Positions 52,059-63,412 of a stretch of 64,000 nucleotides of DNA are shown here, piece after piece; position 1 is the stretch's first letter; every line of letters begins with the position of its first letter. Both the position numbers and the translations under genes were made by a program. Source of the DNA: Octopus sinensis (lineage: Eukaryota); contig NC_043023.1 of assembly GCF_006345805.1 (NCBI RefSeq), forward strand, positions 20,398,001 through 20,462,000. The letters are read 5' to 3'. The notes beneath the pieces were generated by a model. It was not told the origin of the DNA and did not search any database. It saw only the letters and a list, made by a program, of their open reading frames with translations.

Positions 52059-52278
52059 CCCTTTAGTGTTCAGATTATTCTATCAAACATAATGCTTATT
52101 GATTCCCATTGATTTGAATTAATCATGCATTATGTCATATCTTCAAGATCTTGATGGTGTAATTACTTAATGTAGAATAACATTGTAGGGTAGGTGTGAG
52201 AGCCTGGATCTGGTTAGTTTGAACATAAAACAGGTAGAATACTTTCGGCCGGATATGGCCGGTTTAAATACTAAAGGG
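52059..52278 (-). mobile_element. TTAA-flanked piggyBac-like MITE
   Basis: TSD ttaa at 52055-58 and 52279-82; 9-bp TIR ccctttagt/actaaaggg. Confidence 0.85.
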
Positions 52279-52416
52279 TTAAACCGGCTGTATCCGGCCC
52301 AAATATTCTACACATTTTATGCTCAAACTGGCCAGAACATGCACCTCACACCTACCCTGCAATGTCACTCCAAAAATAAGCAATTACATCTTTCCTATCT
52401 TGAAGGTACAAAATAA

Positions 52417-52837
52417 TCTCTCTCTATATAAAAGGCAGTTTGTCTGTGAGGTTGTACCCTCACCCTGACCACGGCTTTCAACCGATTCTGATGAAACTTG
52501 ACACACACACAGCCCAATGTCATAATTCAAAACTAACGCAGCGAAAATTTTGAAAAGTTCCCCCAGTTCTGAAAAAAATCGATAAATTCGACATGAGGTG
52601 GAGAATCTAAGCTTTTTATATGCAACACATTTTCTGTCTAGGGGACGCAACTCGACCTTTTTATCGCCCAAAGGGACAGCTAGGAACATCGTATACACAG
52701 AAGTATTCGAGTGAAGAGAAGACATTGCAACCTACACATGCGCCTTCGTTCCCTAGAGGGAAAGAACTAGATTGGGATTAGTCGTTGCCTTCTAGGGGCT
52801 CTTACATACCCGGGCAACGCCGGGCTATGCTGCTAGT
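52417..52837 (+). mobile_element. Non-autonomous Helitron-type element
   Basis: tctctctctatataaaa start; cccgggcaacgccggg hairpin then ctagt end. Confidence 0.72.
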
Positions 52838-53303
52838 TCTATATATAAGTGTCGTACCCTAAGTTATAGTATGCTGATGCCTTGGGTGATTAGTTGGCTT
52901 ACTAATTGGTTAACGAAGGGGTTAATTGCTTGATTAGTTTAATTAGTTGATCAGTTGTTAATTAGACTGCATTACATGATTGATTTAATAAAATCAGTTT
53001 GATGACTGATCGATCGGTCATCAATAACATAACTGATTGGTATTTTTGAAAACAATTTTTTTTTTTGTTAGTTTTTTGCCTCTGATGATGATTTTTGTTT
53101 GTTTATATTTTTTTGTTTTGTTTGTTTTTTTTTTGTTTTTGTTTTTTGCTTGTCCCTGGAGAATGGCATGGCTGGACTTGGAACTGACCAAGATTGGGTG
53201 GAGTTTTTTTTTTGTTTTTTTTTTGGCTATCTTGTGAATTTTCTGGTGGTCAGTCTGGGTGGGTCGGTTGCATGATTGGGTTGGCTTTTTTGCTACATAA
53301 CAC

Positions 53304-53341
<38 letters not shown>

Positions 53342-54198
53342 AAACAAACCCTTGTGTGTACATGGATACACTCAACATGATTGTGTGTGTGTGTGTATAT
53401 CATTTAATGAATCAGAAGTACATGAACTACTTCAAGTTTTATGTTTGCAAAGTGCTGTGTTCAGATAAGCTTGTGTAGCATTTTGTGCACAATGCCTCTC
53501 TCTCTCTCTCATACACATACACACACATATATGTATTATTATTATCATTAACATCAAAAATCAATGGAAATTGTAGTTGACCAAAAAAATACTAATACCC
53601 AGTTTTGTGCCTTTAATAAGACTGAGAACTTGATATATTGTTTTGTTGAGCCCTAATTTTATGCAAATCTCACAGGTGCCGCCGATATACGAGGTTCCCA
53701 GTCTTATCGTTAAAGGCACGAGACTGTGTATTAGTATTTTTGGTTGATAACCGATAAGGAATTACGGTCCTTCTGTGTCCATCCTACATGTACCGTTTGT
53801 AGTATTGAATGCATCTTTCATTATATATATATATGTGTGTGTATGGATTTGAGTAATCTGGTGTTACTCATAAAAAAGCTCCCTAATGTATCCTTCTACA
53901 AAACAGGTAAAATATTTAGTACGATACAAAAGCAAACGAAAAGGAAAGTATAAAACCGTAAATGATAAAGAAATATTTCGACTTTCTTTTAGCTTCAATT
54001 CTGTATTATTTTTTTAAGATTTTTGAGATTTTGCATTAATGCAGTTGTGTGAGTAATTTGTTTATTATCAAATATAATAATATAAATTATTCACATGTTT
54101 TTAAGCTATGAAACAATTTGTTATGATATTTGAATTTTCTTATTGTTAGATAAAATTTCATCAAACTCTTTCGGTTATTTATGACCTTGTATATATAA

Positions 54199-54961
54199 AC
54201 TAGCAGTATTGCCTGGCGTTGCTCGGGTTTGTTTCGACCCTTTAGAATTGGAATTTTTGAAAAGTAAAAATTTTGCATTATGTAGCTTGTTATTCTCTTT
54301 AAGTGAACATTTTTCTGGTTAAAATACACCGAAAAATGGTGACACAGCAGTCAAAAAATCATAAAAAATAGGGATTTTCATAGAAAAAAAAGCACCTTTT
54401 TGATGTAAATAATTTTTGGTGTTAACATGGTCCAATTTAAATTTTTTCTTCTATGGAAGGAAGAGCAAGCCTTCTTCTATCATACTCTCAATTTCGGTCA
54501 ACTTGTGCTGCAGGGTCTCGGAGGAGATAGTGTTAGTTTGAAGGCTACCAAACCTGCCATACACAGACAACTTCAGCTTTATATATATAAAGATAATTTT
54601 TGGTGTTAACATGGTCCAATTTGAATTTTATCTTCCACGGAAGGAAGAGCAAGCCTTCTTCTATCATACTCTCAATTTTGGTCAACTTGTGCTGCAGGGT
54701 CTCGGAGGAGATAGTGTTAGTTTGAAGGCTACCAAACCTGCCATACACAGACAACTTCAGCTTTATATATATAAAGATAATTTTTGGTGTTAACATGGTC
54801 CAATTTGAATTTTATCTTCCACGGAAGGAAGAGCAAGCCTTCTTCTATCATACTCTCAATTTTGGTCAACTTGTGCTGCAGGGTCTCGAGGAGATAGTGT
54901 TAGTTTGAAGGCTACCAAACCTGCCATACACAGACAACTTCAGCTTTATATATAGAGAGAT
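54199..54961 (-). mobile_element. Non-autonomous Helitron-type element with triplicated 184-bp 5' terminus
   Basis: actagcagtattgcctggcgttgctcggg is the reverse of the hairpin+CTAGT end. 184-bp units start near 54411, 54595 and 54779. Confidence 0.75.
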
Positions 54962-55524
54962 ATATCCAACCCTACCTATTTCCTGCTCCAGAATGGACAT
55001 ATGCATGTTGGCATTTTTGATTATTGCCTGTTGCAGCTGCCTGCCATTTATGCTCTGTGCATTGTTGTTGTTATTATTGTTATTATTATTATTATTATTA
55101 TCAAGGCAGCAAGCTGGCGCAATCATTAGCACATCGGACGAAATATTTAGCGGTATTTCATGTCACCTAATTCTGAGTTCAAATTCCACCGAGATCAACT
55201 TTGCCTTTCATCCTTTTGGAGTCGATAAATTAAGTACCAGTTGTGTACTGGGGTTGATATAATCAACTCATCCCCTCCCCCTGCCCCAAAACTGCCCTTT
55301 TGGAAAAATTTGAAACCATTATTGTTGTTATTATTCTGAGTTCAAATCCCATCAAAGTCAACATTGCCGTTTGTCCTTTTAAGGATCAGTAAAACAAGTA
55401 CCAGTTGTATACTGGGGGGTCAACATAATTATTTTATCTTTCCCCTGAATATGCTGGCCTTGTGCCAAAATTGGAAATCATCATTATTATTATAAGAGGC
55501 AGTGAGCTGAGAAAATCATTAGCA

Positions 55525-55681
55525 TAAGTGGTGAGTAGCTTGCAAACCAACCACATGGTTCCGAGTTCAGTCCCACTGCGTGGCACCTTGGGCAAGTGTC
55601 TTCTACTATAGCCCCGGGCCGACCAAAGCCTTGTGAGTGGATTTGGTAGACGGAAACTGAAAGAAACCCGTCGTATATATG

Positions 55682-55716
<35 letters not shown>

Positions 55717-55915
55717 CTGTGTTTGTCCCCCTAGCATTGCTTGACAACCGATGCTGGTGTGTTTATGTCCCCGTCACTTAGTGGTTCGGCAAAAGAGACC
55801 GATAGAATAAGTACTGGGCTTACAAAGAATAAGTCCCGGGGTCGATTTGCTCGACTAAAGGCGGTGCTCCAGCATGGCTGCATTCAAATGACTGAAACAA
55901 ATAAAAGAGTAAGAG
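55525..55915 (+). mobile_element. Family A SINE
   Basis: Full-length copy. Confidence 0.85.
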
Positions 55916-56133
55916 TAATATACATGCATACAATTTACTTGACTTACTATCTTTACTGAAATTGCTGGCCTTGTGCCAAAATTTGAAATCATTATTAATA
56001 TGAGTTCAAATTCTGCCTGGGTTGAATTTGTCCCCGAGATTGTTGCCATGTGCTTACACTAGAGAAAGTTGTTGTTGCTATTGTTATATTCATTGGAATT
56101 ATATATATATATATTTTTTTTTTCTCCTTCCAG

Positions 56134-56628
56134 GCCTCGGTTGGCACCGCGAACACCCCCTGTTGTGACGATCCCGTAACTCTACAACACCAGCACTACC
56201 ACCAACAACAACAACAACAACAACAGCAGCAAGTCATATCATCCAAAAACAACAACGGTCCCACCACGACCACCACTAGCGCCACCTCATCTTGTGCGAA
56301 GGCTGCAGGCGGCCGCAAATACCGCACTCTTCCCCCACACCACCACACGGCCAGTGGGGGCGCCGGGAGTGGCATTGTCATCTTCAGCAAGTCCCACACT
56401 CAGACTCTCCATCATCATCATCAACAGCAGCAGCAGCAGCAACAGAAGAAGAGACAGCAGCAGGCGAAGCGTGGCGTTGTGGTTGTAGAGTCGGTCAACC
56501 GTAGCAGTAGTAGCAACAGTATAAACCCTTCCGCCACGACCACCACCACAACGGGAACCAGTAACAATCGACTGTCCAGCCCACACATCAACTTTAGACC
56601 AACTGTACCCGAGGGGACAGAAGTATGA
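56134..56628 (+). CDS. IQSEC: IQSEC terminal coding exon, polyQ/His/Thr-rich, ending PEGTEV*
   Basis: ttttctccttccag| acceptor at phase 0, 164 codons plus TGA, GC-rich island, class I PDZ ligand T-E-V at the C-terminus. Confidence 0.82.
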   Translation, partial: ASVGTANTPCCDDPVTLQHQHYHQQQQQQQQQQVISSKNNNGPTTTTTSATSSCAKAAGGRKYRTLPPHHHTASGGAGSGIVIFSKSHTQTLHHHHQQQQQQQQKKRQQQAKRGVVVVESVNRSSSSNSINPSATTTTTTGTSNNRLSSPHINFRPTVPEGTEV

Positions 56629-56674
56629 TATACACACACATAGGTGTATATATATATATATATACACACACACA

Positions 56675-56706
<32 letters not shown>

Positions 56707-58684
56707 CATATACATATATATATATACATATACATACATATATATATATATATAATATACATATATACATATATATATATATACATATACATATATATAC
56801 ATATATATATATTATATATATATACATATATATATATTATATATATATATACATATACATACATATATATATATATATTATATATATAGATACACACACA
56901 TAGGTGTATATATACATATGTACATGCAATCGTGTGTACGTGTGTATATGTACGTGTCATAATTGTGTGATATACACATATAAATTATTATATATATGAC
57001 TGCAGAAAACAGACAGTTGTGATGTATATACAAAATATACACCCATCTATACGTACATAGTATAAACATTCGATGTAATCTCTACTCACACACACACACA
57101 CGTGTGTGTGTGTGTGTATATACACCTACATCTATATATACTAATGAATATACCTGAAGACTGAAGAATGTGTGTATATATATGTATATATGTAAATATA
57201 TGTATGTATATATACATACGTATACACATGTGGCATAGAATTTTATGTATACTGTATACAGGCACATGTGAATGTGTGCATATATACATGTGTGTATACA
57301 CACATGCACATACTTTATACATACATACTTGTGAAGCAACAGTGTGATATCTACGATATATACGCACACTTGTATATATATATATATATACTCACACATT
57401 TATACATACATGTAGACTATTTAATATATATATAGATAGATATATACACACGCATACACGCACATATTTGACATGTAATTCATGTATACAAATATATACA
57501 TAGTGTTTTTAATATACACAGTATATATATAGTTAGATATATAACATATATGGAGAAATATACGCATTGATGCATAAATATGTATATAAACACATGTACA
57601 TAATTATATATATATATACGCACACATCTATATGTACTATAGCCTTATATACATACACACACAACATACATGTACACTTGTATATTCTAAAATATATGTA
57701 GTGTTATTTATTTATTGATATATATATATACACGCATCTCAAAATGTATACACACACTCACACATATATTTATATACGGATATGTGACCATCACATACGT
57801 GCATACATACTCTTTTATACACACACAAACATATATACAACACAATTGATATATATATACATACATACACAACCCATTTATGTGTATGTGTGTGTATATA
57901 TATATATATACACACACAGACATGTATATATATATACACACACACAGACATATATATACATACAGATGCTTAAACATATGCATATATATATACACACATA
58001 CACAAACATATACATATATACACACATACACAAACATATGCATATATACACACATACACAAACATGCATATATACACATATATACATATATACACACATG
58101 CAAAAACATATATACATATATACACACATACACAAACATATACATATATACACACACACATACACAAACATATACATATATATATACACACACACGCAAA
58201 CATATATATATATATATACACACACACACGCATACACACAAATTTCTCCATGTTCTTCTCTTGACAGCTCCCCTCCCCACTCCTCCTATTCCACCACGAC
58301 CACCACTACTGATATTGAGCAGCAGCCGTGGTGTTGACAGTGTCGGACAACGTCCACGACGTGTGGCACACTCAGCTGGTTCGCCAGGAGGGGCAGTGCT
58401 GGCCACAACATTTACATTACATGACACGACACTAATAGCCTAGCCCTATGCACCGCCTCCACCACCACCACCACCATCACTAGAAAAGGAAGGAGAGGAG
58501 GACATTTTATTGTGATGTTGTGGCTGGCATGTTGTATAATGACATTGATGATGATGATGATGATGATGACTTTAGTAGCAATAATAATAATAATAATAAT
58601 GACAATGTTTTTTTTCTTTGTTGGCCTAAATTTATTTATTCAAAACATGAATCTACATACACACATACACATACATATATACAT

Positions 58685-58746
<62 letters not shown>

Positions 58747-58804
58747 TTGCACAACACACACAGACACACACACACACACATGTATATATAATTGTACATG
58801 AGAG

Positions 58805-58843
<39 letters not shown>

Positions 58844-59638
58844 CAATACGAGAGAGAAACAGGGCAACATCTTACCACCACCACCACCCACCACCAGAAG
58901 ACTGGATAAGTCCACCTTGTGTAACAATTGGTTTTATGCGCTGAAAAAAATGAAACAATTAAATTTCTGATGTTGCAGACTTCTTTGTTCTTCTTGTTCC
59001 GAATATCCATGTAGAGCAGAGAGAGAGGGGAGGGGCGATGAAGAAAAAATTACAATAATAATAATAATAATGATGGTAATAATAATAATAATAATGATAT
59101 ATAAATAAATGGATAAATTGAATCCAAAATTGCCTATGTATGTCTTGTTTACAGGGTGGTCATTATATATTGAAGTATATTTATATATTATCCATTACAG
59201 CGGATCTTAACAGCTGGTTAAGTAAGAGGGTAGCTATCCAATACCCATTCCATCTCTGAAGAGCGTGTGGACTGGATAACAACCTAGTTATCTAGTAGCT
59301 GGTGCGAAACTTATTGGTAAAACTGGCTGTGATGAACGTATACTTTTGTACACTTTCAGATACACACACACACACACAGATATATATATGCTTTATTTAA
59401 AAGCAGCAGAATTATAACAAAAGCTGTTACTCGGAGTTTCACGTTCCCGTTTGTCGGACAGTTTTGTTAACTAAACTGTCCAACAAATGGGAACATGAAA
59501 CTCCCAGTAACAGCTTTTGTTGAATTTTCTGCTGCTTTTCAATAAAGCATATTGCTCTACCTCTGGTATTTGAGTACTCATTTTTCCACCTTGTTTCACA
59601 TTTATGTGCTTACTCCGGTATATATATATATATGTATG

Positions 59639-59683
<45 letters not shown>

Positions 59684-60154
59684 GTTCAGTTTGCAAGGAA
59701 AGATCTAGAGGCACAGTTACAAGGTAGCCAAATGTCACATAAGCGGCCAAGGATTTGGTAATCACACTTGCGTGGGAGTTAATTCCAAGGAGAAGTGAGA
59801 TGCGTTTTGGAGAATAATATAAAATGGAGACAAACGCTCAAGATGTTATCGAAGTCATTTATATCATTTTATCCCGACATACGTTTCGATAGATACATAG
59901 GAATAATCCTCTCGGATTTATTTTAATGTTTCTATCGAAACATATGTTGGTGATGCAGTGATATAAATGATTTAAATAACATCTTGAGTGTTTGTCTCTA
60001 TTTTCCATTATATTTATTTATCTTTTTTTTTATTTATCTAGTTTCAGCTCACAAGCTGTGGCCATGCTGGGGCACCGTCATTTGTATATATATATATGTT
60101 TTTTTTAGTTTCAGCTCAGAGCTGCGGCCATGCTGATGCACCACCGTTAATATA

Positions 60155-60194
<40 letters not shown>

Positions 60195-60925
60195 ATATAT
60201 AGATATATATATATAATATATATATATATTATAATATATATATATATTATATATTATATATATATATTATAATATATATATATATATTAATATATATAAT
60301 ATATATATATATATATAAACATTATTTTATATAATTAGGGTTCAGCAAAAAACATTTGCTTTACCACATACCGAACTTTTAGAAATAGCAGCCAAAGAAT
60401 TTAGCTATTTCTTCTACTATAAGAAGAGTCTCCCAGACTGCTATTTCTAAAAGTTCTTTGGCTGCTATTTCTAAAAGTTCGGTTTTGTGGTAAAGCAAAT
60501 TTTTTTGCTGAATCCTAATTATATAAAGTAATGTTTAAATTTATCGTAAATGGTCCTTTTACATACTGAACACTGCTTGGTAAAATTATTAATTACTAAT
60601 TAATTAATTAATTAATTAATTTTACCCTTATTATTATTAACTATATATATATAGGGTAAAAAATTATTAATTTATAATTAATAAATTTCAGCAAGTAGTT
60701 TCTGTATGGAAAGGAACCATATTTGGTAAAAACTTATACAACAAGTTTTATATATAATTATAACAATAATTAAGAGTTTAGCAACGAGTTGCTTCACCAC
60801 ATACCGAAAAATTTAGAAATAGCAGCCAAAAGAATTTGTAGCGTAAAGAAATAACGGACTTTTGGCTGCTATTTCTAAATTTTTCGGTATGTGGTTAAGC
60901 AACTCGTTGCTAAACCCTTAATTAT

Positions 60926-60966
<41 letters not shown>

Positions 60967-61116
60967 AATTAAGGACTGAACACGAAAAGTGGACAGTCAA
61001 CATGCTAGATATAGACGTCAAATCGCCATTCTCCACAAAAGATTATGTTCTCAAATCAAACTCAACACAAAACCAAAGCAATAAACAAGTGAAAATATAC
61101 GAAATAAAATAATTAC

Positions 61117-61180
61117 CCATGTACTGATCAGTTTCAGCTATTATTCTCCGCAAGGATAACTGTAGCCTTCATCAGCATGG
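61117..61180 (-). ncRNA. Minimal type-I hammerhead ribozyme with intact core
   Basis: CCAUG-CUGAUGA-A-GGCUA...UAGCU-GAAA-CUGAUCAG-UA-CAUGG: perfect 5-bp stem I, palindromic stem III ACUGAUCAGU, GUA cleavage triplet. Confidence 0.75.
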
Positions 61181-61438
61181 CCCGTTATGAATACAATTTG
61201 CTGGACTAGATGCAAAAACGATACCGGAGTATCGCGTGCATGGAGTTCAACCTATTACATTCGAATGTATCTTTCAAATGCCTTTACTTTGGTATATGTA
61301 AATATTTTAATCTTCCGATTCTTTTTTAATATGTTTAATGGATAAATATCAATTTCTACCCTTAATTAATTTTATATATATATATATATATATAAATGAA
61401 AGAATGGAGTCGAACGACGATTTAACAAAATTCCTTTA

Positions 61439-61520
61439 TTCTCGACATATGTTTCGAAGACTGCATATTCTTAATCCCGAAGGAATAAAGGGTGCATTAT
61501 GCTGTCTTCTCATCAGGAAA
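61439..61520 (-). ncRNA. Minimal type-I hammerhead ribozyme with intact core
   Basis: UUUC-CUGAUGA-GAAGAC...GUCUUC-GAAAC-AUAU-GUC-GAGA: 6-bp stem II, GUC triplet. Confidence 0.7.
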
Positions 61521-61754
61521 GACAAGGAACTTATGTTAATTCAACTACTTAAATATATATATATATATATATATATATTTGTGTGTGTTGAGACTTGGTG
61601 ATACAAAGAGCTATTATTTAGCTGGTGAAAGGCACAAGTTGGAGCCGAAGAGCCTGGGGTTGTTGCTGAGAGGTTTATAAGTTTCTTGTATGAAATTCTT
61701 GGGTTTTGTGTCATTTGGATTTTTCAGTTGAATTGTAAAAAAAATATGTCAGAA

Positions 61755-61764
61755 GCCTGTCGTA

Positions 61765-61826
<62 letters not shown>

Positions 61827-62410
61827 TGTGTGTGTGTCTGTGTTTGTCCCCCTAGCATCGCTTGACAACCGATGCTGGTGTGTTTAGTCCCCGTCACCTA
61901 GCAGTTCGGCAAAGAGACCGATAGAATAAAAGTACTGGGCTTACAAAGAATAAGTCCCGGGGTGGATTTGCTCGACTAAAGGCGGTGCTCCAGCATGGCC
62001 GCAGTCAAATGACTGAAACAAGTAAAAGAGTAAAAGAGTAAAAGAGACCGATAGAATAAGTACTGGGCTTACAAAGAATAAGTCCCGGGGTGGATTTGCG
62101 CGGCTAAAGGCGGTGCTCCAGCATGGCCGCATTCAAATGACTGAAACAAGTAAAAGAGTAAAAGAGTAAAAGAGACCGATAGAATAAGTACTGGGCTTAC
62201 AAAGAATAAGTCCCGGGGTGGATTTGCTCGGCTAAAGGCGGTGCTCCAGCATGGCCGCAGTCAAATGACTGAAACAAGTAAAAGAGTAAAAGAGTAAAAG
62301 AGACCGATAGAATAAGTACTGGGCTTACAAAGAATAAGTCCCGGGGTGGATTTGCTCGACTAAAGGCGGTGCTCCAGCATGGCCGCAGTCAAATGACTGA
62401 AAAGAGTAAA
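61755..62410 (+). mobile_element. Family A SINE 3' half with four tandem copies of a 128-bp tail module
   Basis: gagaccgatag at 61914, 62044, 62172 and 62300. Confidence 0.9.
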
Positions 62411-62767
62411 AGAAAAGAAGATAAAACATAAACCAATGATTAAGTAATGTACAAAATAATAAATTAAACGTATATATTTGTTATTCTAACAAATATTTAC
62501 ATTTTATTCATTTACTATTTTGCACATTTCTTAATTATCGTTATATGTTTTATCTTATATTTAATCTTTCTATATTATGTAATTTTCTAAATGGTGTAAT
62601 TTAATTTTTCACTTTGAATTGATAAAAGGTGTTTTTTTTCTAATTTATATGTATATATTATATTTTGTGAAATTTGATTTAGTATTTCTAAATTGAATTT
62701 TTCCCTGTAAGTTTGGAATAATATTCCCTCATATTATTATTATTATATATATATATATATTGTTTAA

Positions 62768-63183
62768 AGGCGCAGGAGTGGCTGTGTGGTAAGTAGCTTG
62801 CTTACCAACCACATGGTTCCGGGTTCAGTCCCACTGCGTGGCACCTTGGGCAAGTGTCTTCTATACTAGCCTTGGGCCAACCAAAGCCTTGTGAAGTGGA
62901 TTTGGTAGACGGAAACTGAAAGAAGCCTGTTGTATATATGTAAGATATATATATATATATATTATGTGTGTGTTTGTGTGTCTGTGTTTGTCCCCCTCCC
63001 TAGCATTGCTTGACAACCGATACTGGTGTGTTTACGTCCCCGTCACTTAGCGGTTCGGCAAAAAGAGACCGATAGAATAAGTACTGGGCTTACAAATAAT
63101 AAGTCCCGGGGTCGAGTTGCTCGACTAAAGGCGGTGCTCCAGCATGGCCGCAGTCAAATGACTGAAACAAGTAAAAGAGTAAA
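62768..63183 (+). mobile_element. Family A SINE
   Basis: Full-length copy. Confidence 0.85.
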
Positions 63184-63412
63184 GGATCGTGGATAAGGCC
63201 AGAACAATGAAAAGTAAATGCAAGGCAAATCAGAGGAAAACAAATATGAATTAATGCAGACTTACCTGACTAGGTAAATCTTACCTGGTCTTATATTTTT
63301 CTTGTGATTTACCCTGCATATATTTTCCATTGTTCTGGCCTCACCCACGATCTTTTATACAATATATTCTACACACTACTTCATAGTAATTATTCCATAT
63401 ACACACACATAT

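Noticed and set aside
52470-52560. ctgatgaaac as a hammerhead core (also ctgatgacc at 14934)
   Set aside because: No stem II-GAAA-stem III arrangement follows; the 52.4-kb case lies inside a Helitron-type body.
57708-58427. Minus-strand 239-aa ORF as a neighbouring gene
   Set aside because: Mostly (TG)n-derived; the unique part is the reverse of the 58268 island and has no recognisable domain.
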